Source: the human T2T-CHM13v2.0 reference genome, Homo sapiens
Length of the DNA: 64,000 nucleotides
NCBI RefSeq assembly: GCF_009914755.1
Contig: NC_060935.1
Direction: 5' to 3' (one strand)
Part shown: piece after piece, positions 55,111 to 64,000 of the stretch
Layout: each line of letters opens with the position of its first letter
How positions within the stretch are numbered: the stretch's first letter is position 1
The notes under the pieces: model-generated
The model's database searches: none
What the model was told of the DNA's origin: nothing
The model's input: only the letters and a program-made list of their open reading frames with translations
Program-made: the position numbers and the translations under genes

Positions 55111-57529
55111 GCTGAAACGTTTTTAAAATACCCTTGCAAATAGGCTTTCACTGCAAAATCAGACTCTCCTGAATACATTTGGAAAACATAATCTGAAATG
55201 AGATAAGACTATTTGTATTCCATATTTATGCCATTTAATTAATATTTTATCGAAAAAATAATAATATGCATAATTAGGAACTGCTGTTTAAGCCCATGCT
55301 GAGGATAGTATGTATTATTACGTAAACGGTCTCACATTTCCAAAATCCAAAAACCTCTCTACTGAGAATATTTCTGACCCCACACATTTTCAGTGAGGGA
55401 ACTTTGGATTGATATAAGTAAAAATAAGTAAATCTCTTTAAAAGTCTATTTAAGAATCTACTGGAAATGAAATGTCTCCCAATTAGTATATTGCTATTTC
55501 AAAAGAAGTACCTGAGCAGAAAATAATCTAATTCGCTATTATGTTTAAAGGATGAAAATATATCCTGCAGATAAATTCTTGAAAGGGGATTGACTGAAAT
55601 ACTTTTAATAATTATCATGGGAATATAATTTTTTCCTGCTAGATTTATAGGAAGCTCTTTGACCTGCAGGAACAATAGGTCATCATAAATTTAAGTAACA
55701 TGAAGGAGAGAAAGAGCTGGACTGTCTGTGGTCCATCTACTAGCATTAACCCCACGTTACAGGACAGTGCTAATTTGTCCACTGTATGAAATAGTAAATC
55801 AAATGGTTTCTATTTTCTAGGAAGAATAGATGAAATGACATGTCTCAAAGCAGAATAATAATTACACAGGTCAAAGGCCTTTGAGCTGGTACTTAACTAT
55901 GATACATAATGAGGATAGTTCATCAAGATTTGAGTATCTGAGTTATTTTTTCTGGATTCACTTTTCTTGGCATTTTTCTTAGAGAAGTTTCTAATGGATA
56001 CTTAATAAAAATGATGCTAAACATATTTAGAATATGGCATAAGTAAAAATAAAGCAATAAAAAGCAATGCAAATATTCTGCATACCTTTAAGATTGAGGC
56101 AATGATTTCTTGTAATTCTTTTCTACTTTCCACTCTTAGTTTAAAAGATAATTGCTATCTGCATTTTATTACGGCAACCATGAAATACTATTAGATGTAA
56201 AACTACTTTGGAAAATGTAAGTCACTATAAAATGCAATGTTATATTCATCCATAATTATAATGTAATATGTGAAATATTTGTAAATTATGCATTTTAATA
56301 ATTATTTTCTAGCTCTGGATTCCTAACTTCCCATTAGCTTTGGCATCATTTTATGAAAACAAAAATGACATATAAATAAACATGTATATGAAATTTTAGG
56401 TTCAACATTAACAAATTATTTTTTAAGAAGATGTCTCAAATATTTGGATATACTTGTTGATAGAGTTGTAATTATGTAATTTTGTTTTGGCTTTATCAAT
56501 ACATATTTTACTAATTCTCTGCCAAAGACATTAAAATTGAAGGGACCGATAAAAAATCTGCTAGGCATAATTTAAAATATTTCACAGCTAAGTGGAAAAT
56601 ATTTCACTTTTTAAGTCTTAGATGGGTATCATTGAGAATTATGAAGTAGATAATTGAGCTTGCTGTGGTGAACATTTCACCATCATTTAAAATAAAATTC
56701 AAGTTCAAGAAAACACAGCATATGTATTCTAAGATTTTATATAAAGCGTATAGCACTAAAAAGAGGAGCACTTATTATTTTGAGTTACTTGAGAATGAAT
56801 CATTAAATTCTATGGCAGCAACCCTGTGTCCCTGGGCAGTTTACTTACATCTCTGATACCTCTTCTTGGTAAAATAGGATTCATGAAAACTACTTGTTGG
56901 AATTACTGAGAGAGGCTTTATAACACTGGACACAGCACAGTGTCTACAAACCAAAAGATGATGGTAGGCTTTTGTTTTGTTTGTTTCTTTTTTGCTGCCT
57001 GGTTCCTCTTCAGCACTCACCAAACTCCGTAAAACCGCTTATTTTATCTGGACCATCTTCTTGATTAATATCATCCAGAGCTTTATAACCACTGAAAGAA
57101 AAAATCTGTGGACCACAAAATCATGCACTCACTTCTCATCAGAATAGGGAAAGGCCCGAAATAAGTCACACATCTGATGCTTGGGCTCTTTCCGAGGAAT
57201 CAGTTAGTCTTGATGAACACAAGAGGCTAAAAAAATCCTTTAATATTTGTACAGTGGACTGTAGATGACTATCGAATACTCTCTAATACTCCTCCCACTT
57301 ACTCAGAGTACTCTCTAATTTATATTAGGCAATATATAAGCAAGATTAAGAATTTTGGATTCAGCCAGGTTTGAATTAATATACATTCCCACATCTGTAA
57401 AAAAGAGATATGTATCCTGTATGTTTGTTGTGTATAGCAAATGACGTATTCTATTTAGAGTTCATATAATTTATAATACCAATAGTAAGTATATGGTAAA
57501 TTATTTTTAGCATTTTATGACTACATACC

Positions 57530-57680
57530 TACCATTTACTTGGTGCATGTTACCTGTCAGACACTGTAATAAACCCTTTACATGCATCATTTCATCTAAT
57601 TCATATACCCTATGAGATAGATTAAATCATTGGGACAATTTTACAGATAAGAAAACTGACGTTTGAAATTGTGCCTGTGA
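57530..57680 (-). mobile_element. MIR
   Basis: tttacatgcatcatttcatctaattc...attttacagataagaaaactga. Confidence 0.65.
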
Positions 57681-59601
57681 AATCATCAAAGGTGGTTGCA
57701 TACTAAGAAAAGCTCATGTAAATATTGGAACAGCTTTACAATACTGTCTACTTTTTAATAATACTAAACTCTGAGTCTCTTCCCTTTAACTAGTACTGTA
57801 TAATCACTATCAAATTTAAACACTTTAAATTTTCTAGTTCAGATTCTTGTAAAACTTGTATTATTATCAATTGCTAGAGTTTAGCTTAGTTCCACTAATT
57901 ACATATTAGTAATTTATGCCTACCTGGAATTAGCCATTGTGATGAGATTGAGTACTTTTCTAATATTCACAGATTTCTGTTAATTGGCGTATATACACTT
58001 GGGTCCTTAAGTACATTGGACCACTTGCAAGATGCAGAGACAAGGACATTTTATTACCTTCATTTTGTCTACCATACCATGGGTGTTTCACAAGCCTGAC
58101 TCAGAGCAGAACAATTAACAAAGATTCAGTAGTTTCCAATACTTGTATACATTCTCTAGGCTTCTTCAATTGTTCCACATTTCCATGAATGATTTACATC
58201 TGCATTTTTGTCATACTCAGAAGCATTGTCTCTATAAATTTTATATATCTTATCGGTGTGGGCATTAGTGGAAGAGAAAGGGCTAGGAATGTGTGTGTAA
58301 CAACATTATTTTAAAGAAAATACTAACCAAAAATAGGATAGATCAACAGTATAGAAAAGCAAATATAGAGACATTTTACTCAGAAGAAGAAATGATGGAA
58401 GGAAGGATAGAAAGTATTTAAAAGTTTCTTGTACATCTGAGTTTATTCTAGCCCTGTTTTGAAAATAGGCACCTTGATATTCGTGAATAATATTGAGCAG
58501 GTCATAATAAATTATTTTTAATATTAGCTTACTGCAGCATTAAGTCTTTCAAACCCTAAATATCACTTTTGTTGTTTACAAAGAAATATTAATTGCATTG
58601 CAACTTTTTATTTTCAGAGAAAACTTATAGAAGACAGTTCTGGATTTTAATAACTCTTCTCATGTGCTAAGCACAGTTGTCTCATAGCATTCTATCCAAA
58701 GTGATTCTTAATTATTTTACTCTATTATTTTACGAATATTCAATATATTCTTATTTTGCATTTTTTAATCTGAAACATTTCCACATGAGTGATAATTTCA
58801 AAAAATACACACACTCAATTTTTAAGCACAAAACACCATGTTTTGAGCAAAGGTCTTATTTTTTTCCTCTGTCTACTAAACTTAATTATAAAGAAAAAAT
58901 ATTTTATACTTTATGTGCAATAGTACTTCAAGGCATGTTTTTTCCTAAGTAGAGGACAATTAATTCTAGGTCAATTATCTATAAACTCTGATCTGCCTCT
59001 CAGTTCATTATTATATGTAAACTTCATTACTGTTCCTTAAAATTACAATTTGGAAGTCGATACTGATTTATGAATATTTCTCTACATATTTTTACTAATT
59101 CAATGATTTTTATTGGGTGTTTTATTCAAGGCATCTTGCCAGGACTTATATGGAATTCAAATGTGAATAAGGCATGGCCTCCTATTTCAAAGGCTGTTAT
59201 CTGTCCAGTTATCTAAACTTGTATCACAGTTTCTCAATATGATTTAACTTTTTTTTTTACTTAACATTTTTGACTGTGGAAAAGCATAGTGCAGTATGAA
59301 AGCATGGATCACACTGTTCACTTTCTAGTGCAGATTAAATACATGTTAAGTAAAACCAGTCCAAGATTTCCCTCGAATAACTATGTTTTGATTTATTTTC
59401 TTTTATTTTTACATTTTTATCCATAGAATTATCTTTATCTCTGACTTCATTTCCTGCTTTGGTTACAAAGAAAGATAAGAAAAAAAGTTTGCACTTCAAT
59501 TATTAGTTTCAAACAAACAAAATCTAAAAGATCACTTTTCATTGCTCATATTAATAAAAGCTCTTTGCATGATTGCTTTGCCCTGTCCCGGTTGCTAAAA
59601 T

Positions 59602-59644
59602 TGTGTGTGTGTGTGGTGTGTGTTTAGACAGAGAGAGACACACA

Positions 59645-59680
<36 letters not shown>
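59602..59680. repeat. Compound microsatellite (TG)n-(GA)n-(CA)n-(GA)n
   Basis: Read directly from sequence. Confidence 0.95.
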
Positions 59681-60668
59681 TCCATGCTACAGTTTGCAAG
59701 GATATTGTTAGAAAGTTTCTTCCCAGTGATTTGTTTCTTTGCACTTTAAATGACTACTTGATTTGGAGGCCACATTTCAATACATGCTCTTCAAATATTT
59801 AAAGTATATTATTTATGAGAATCTGTAAGAAAATAAAGTGGAACTTAAATAAAGCTTATAAAGTTTTAAATATGTGACTTCTAACCAACAGTAACATATA
59901 TGGTATTAAGCAGTAGATCAATATTTTGGAGGGTTTTTTGTTTGTTTACTTTGTTTTCTATTTAATTTCATAAAAATCAAATTTACCAGCCCCGTTTGAA
60001 ATTTTTGTAGATTTCTCTACTTGTTTCTCTTCTCTGTATTCCTCTATTAAATTACACTTTCCTAAATATAGCATCACTATTTCTCACAGTATGTTTATTT
60101 CAGTCATCATATGCCTGATAACTTTTTCTATTGGGATTAAAAATGTTTATAAAATTTAAAAAACATTAATTTTGCCAAAACTGTTACTAGAATCATTTGT
60201 TTTAAAAATGTAATAAAAAGATGCCAGATTTATTGATTCGTTCTCTCTGACACATACATATATACACAATTTAAGCCCTTAAAAAACACTTTTTTTGTAC
60301 TTAAAGGCAAAATGTAGTAAGTGTGCTTAAGACAAAATTAAAACAGTCATTAAAGGCATATGTGGCACAAAAATTTCACTATCTCCTAAAATCTGTACAT
60401 TAGACTTAAAAGATATTTGGGTTAGCAAAGCAGTAAAGAATATCATGTATGGGGTGTGACAACTGCTATGTATAGAATTAAGAGGAGTTGAACTGTGGTA
60501 TAGAAATTTGGTATAATGTTTACCTTTAACATGAACAGTGTTATTCTGGGTCTAGAATAAAATTAGTTTGGACCTATTTTTTGCAGAAAAACCTAAAAAT
60601 TAGGAAATTAAAATGCAAATTATTTTAGAAGGCATACAATCCTCAAATAATATCCACTTCTTTGGGAG

Positions 60669-62037
60669 TTTCTTTGTTTTTTTTCTTTATTTCTTCTAAA
60701 AAAAAAAACAGGATACATGCGCAGAACATGCAGGTTTGTTACATAGGTATACATGCGCCATGGTAGTTTGCTTCACCTATTGACCTGTCCTCTAAGTTCT
60801 CTCCCCTCACGCCCCACCTCTTAACTGGCGCTAGTGTGTATTGTTCCTCTCTCTGTGTCCATGTGTTCTCAATGTTCAACTCGCACTTATGAGTGAGAAC
60901 ATGTGGCGTTTGGTTTTCTGTTCCTGTGTTAGTTTGCTGAGGATGATGGCTTCCAGCTTCATCCATGTCACTGCAAAGGACATGATCTCATTCCTTTTCA
61001 TGGCTGCATAATGTTCCATGGTGTATATATACCACATTTTCTTTATCTAGTCTATCTTTGATGGGCATTTGGGTTGGTTCCATGTCTTTGATATTGTAAA
61101 CAGTGCTGCAATAAACATACATGTGCTTGTGTCTTTATAATAGAATGATTTATATTCCTTTGGGTATATACCCAGTAATGGGATTACTGGGTCAAATGGT
61201 ATTTCTGGTTCTAGGTCCTTGAGGAGTCACCATACTGTCTTCTACAATGGTTGAACTAATTTACATTCCCACCAATAGTGCAAAAACATTCCTCTTTCTC
61301 CACAGCCTTGCCAGCATCTATTATTTCCCGACTTTTTAATAATCGACATTTAGAATGGCATGAGATGGCATCTCATTGTGGTTTTGATTTGTATTTCTCT
61401 GAGGATCAGTGATGTTGAGTTTTTTTCATATGTGTGTGGGCTGCATAAATGTCTTCTTTTGAAAAGTGTCTGTTCATATCCTTAGCCCACTTTCTGATGG
61501 GGTTGTCTTTGTCTTGTAAATATGTTTAAGTTCCCTGTGAATTCTGGATATTAGACCCTTGTCAGATGGATAGATTGCAAAAATTGTCTTCCATTCTTTA
61601 GGTTGCCTGTTCATTCTGATGATAGTTTCTTTGGCTGTGCAGAAGCTCTTGAATTTAATTAAATCCCATTTGCCAATTTTGGCTTTTGTTGCCATTGCTT
61701 TTGGCTTTTTTGTCATGAAGTCTTTGCCCATGCCTATGTCCTGAATGGTATTGCCTAGGTTTTCTTCTAGGGTTTTTATGATTTTGGGTTTTACATTTAA
61801 GTCTTTAATCCATCTTGAGTTAATTTTGGGTAAGGTGTTAGGAAGGGGTCAGGTTTCAGTTTTCTGCATATGGCTAGCCAGCTTTCCCAGCACCATTTAC
61901 TGATTAGGAGATCCTTTCCCCATTGCTTGTTTTTGTCAGGTTTGTTGAAAATCAGATGGTTGTAGATGTGTGGTGTTATTTCTGATGTCTCTGTTCTGCT
62001 CCATTGGTCTATACATCTGTTTTGGTACTAGTACCAT
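60669..62037 (-). mobile_element. L1PA8-like LINE-1, non-inverted 3' part
   Basis: T-rich tail, antisense 3'UTR (ggatacatgcgcagaacatgcaggtttg), ORF2 fragment [19 protein letters not shown]. Confidence 0.92.
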
Positions 62038-63953
62038 TGAAGGAGATAGAGACACAAAAAACCCTCCAAGAAATCAACAAATCCAGGAACTGTATTTTTG
62101 AAAAAATTAACAAAATAAGCTGGGCGCAGTGGCTCACGCCTGTAATCCCAGCACTTTTGAAGGCTGAGGCAGGCTGATCACGAGGTCAGGAGTTCAAGAC
62201 CTGCCTGATCAACAGGGTGAAACCCCATCTCTACTAAAAATACAAAAATTCGCCAGGCATGGTGGTGCACATCTGTAATCCCAGCTACTCAGGAGGCTGA
62301 GGCAGGAGAATTGCTTGAACCCGGAGTCGGAGGTTGCAGTGAGTGGAGATCGCACCATTGCACTCCAGCCTCGGCGACAGAGTGAGACTCTGTCTCAAAA
62401 CAACAACAACAAAAAAAGACAAAGAGAGAGAAGAATCGAATAGTCACAATAAAAAAATGATAAAGGGGATATCACCACTGACCCTACAGAAATAACAGCT
62501 ACTGTCCAAGAATACTATACACACCTTTATGCAAATAAACTAGAAAATCTAGATGAAATGGGTAAATTATTGGATCCATACCCCCTACCGAGACTAAACT
62601 AGGAAGAAGTTGAATTCCTCAATAGACCAATAACAAGCTCTGAAATTGAGGCAGTAATTAATAGCCTACCAACTAAAAAAAAAAAAAAAAAAAAAATCCC
62701 AGAAGTATTCGCAGCTGAATTCTACCAGAAATACAAGGAGGAGCTGCTACCTTTCCTTCTGAAACTATTCCAATCAATTGGAAAGGAGGGACTCCTCCCT
62801 AACTCATTTTATAAAGCCAGCATCATCCTGATACCAAAACCATGAAGAGACACAACAAAAAAGAAAACTTCAGGCCAATATTCCTAATGAACATCAATGA
62901 GAAAATCCGCAATGAAATATGGGCAAATTGAATCAAGCAGCACATCAAAAAACTTAGCCACCACGATAAAGTTGCATTCATCCATGGGATACAAGTCTGG
63001 TTCAACATAGGCAAATCAATAAATGTAATCTATCACGTAAACAGAACAAAAGAAAAAACCACACAATTATCTGAACAGATGCAGAAAAGACCTTTGATAA
63101 AAATCAACATCCCTTCATATTAGAAACTCCCAAAAAACTACATACTGATGGAATATATCTCAAAATAATAAGAGCTACTTATGACAAACCCACAGCCAAT
63201 ATCATATTGAATGGGTAGGAGCTGGAAGCCTTCCCTTTGAAATCTGGTTCAAGACAAGGATGCCCTCTCTCACTACCCCTATTCAACATAGTATTGGAAG
63301 TTCTGACCAGGGCAATCAGGCAAGAGAAAGAAATAAAGTGTATTTAAATAGGAAGAGAAGAAGTCAAGTTGTCTCTGTTTGCAGACGACATGATTTTATA
63401 TTTAGAAAACCCCATCATCTCAGCTCAAAAACTTCTTGAACTGATAAGCAACTTCAGCAAAGTCTCAGGATACAAAATCACAAGCATTCCTTTACATCAA
63501 CAATAGGCAAGCAGAGAGCCAAATCATGAATGAACTCCCATTCACAATCACTGAAAAGAGAATAAAATACCTAGGAATACAGCTAACAAGTGATGTGAAG
63601 GACCTTTTCAAGGAGAAGTACAAACCACTGCTCAAGAAAATGAGAGAGGACACAAACGAATGGAAAAATAGTCCATCCTCATGGATAGGAAGAATCAATA
63701 TCATGAAAGTAATTTATAAATTCAATGCTATTCCCATCATACTACCATTGACATTCTTCACAGAATGAGAAAAAAACTGTTTTAAATTTCATATGGAATC
63801 AAAGAAGACCCTGTATAGTCAAGACAATTCTAAGCAAAAGAACAAAGCTGGAGGCATCACACTACCTAATGTCAAACTATACTACAAGGCTACAGTAACC
63901 AAAACAGCATAGTACTGTTACCAAAACAGACATATTGACCAATGGAGTAGAAT
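62038..63953 (+). mobile_element. Inverted 5' segment of the same L1 (ORF2 RT region)
   Basis: Sense ORF2 including ctgtttgcagacgacatg (LFADDM) at ~63375; joined tail-out to the antisense part. Confidence 0.9.
62118..62417 (+). mobile_element. AluS (Sg-like) nested in L1
   Basis: Full dimer, gatcacgaggtcaggagttc; no clear TSD. Confidence 0.92.
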
Positions 63954-64000
63954 TTCAGGGGTTCAAAAGCAATGAGATTTATTTTCAAAATTCTTTGAAA

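Noticed and set aside
62675-62696. A22 run as a retrocopy polyA tail
   Set aside because: Expansion of a native A-run within L1 ORF2; L1 sequence continues on both sides

Overview
AT-rich primate (human-like) genomic DNA made up mostly of interspersed repeats. I find no credible protein-coding gene, tRNA/rRNA or CRISPR array. The listed ORFs are short and are either chance ORFs or derive from L1, Alu, THE1 or LTR12. Content: five recognisable LINE-1 copies (two with 5' inversions), about 18 Alu/FLAM copies, MIR/L2 relics, Tigger3 and MER91 DNA transposons, and a dense nested ERV/MaLR cluster at 10.1-22.4 kb (MER57 composite containing a full THE1, MER41B, MER50, MLT2 containing LTR9, MER11, LTR1). 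Further along are LOR1, LTR12 and a very old two-LTR provirus at about 46.2-51.5 kb. Family names are recalled from consensus sequences, not from a database search. The observation least explained by standard repeat annotation is a 76-bp inverted copy of nearby DNA (20556-20631) inserted into the LTR1 element (21959-22034) with junction microhomology, which looks like a templated DNA-repair scar. Other leads: a MER57 element with unlike ends inside one 4-bp TSD, retained STAT1/DUX4/NF-Y motifs in LTRs, and two candidate exon clusters in non-repeat DNA. I cannot identify the locus and see no evidence for a novel multi-gene system.
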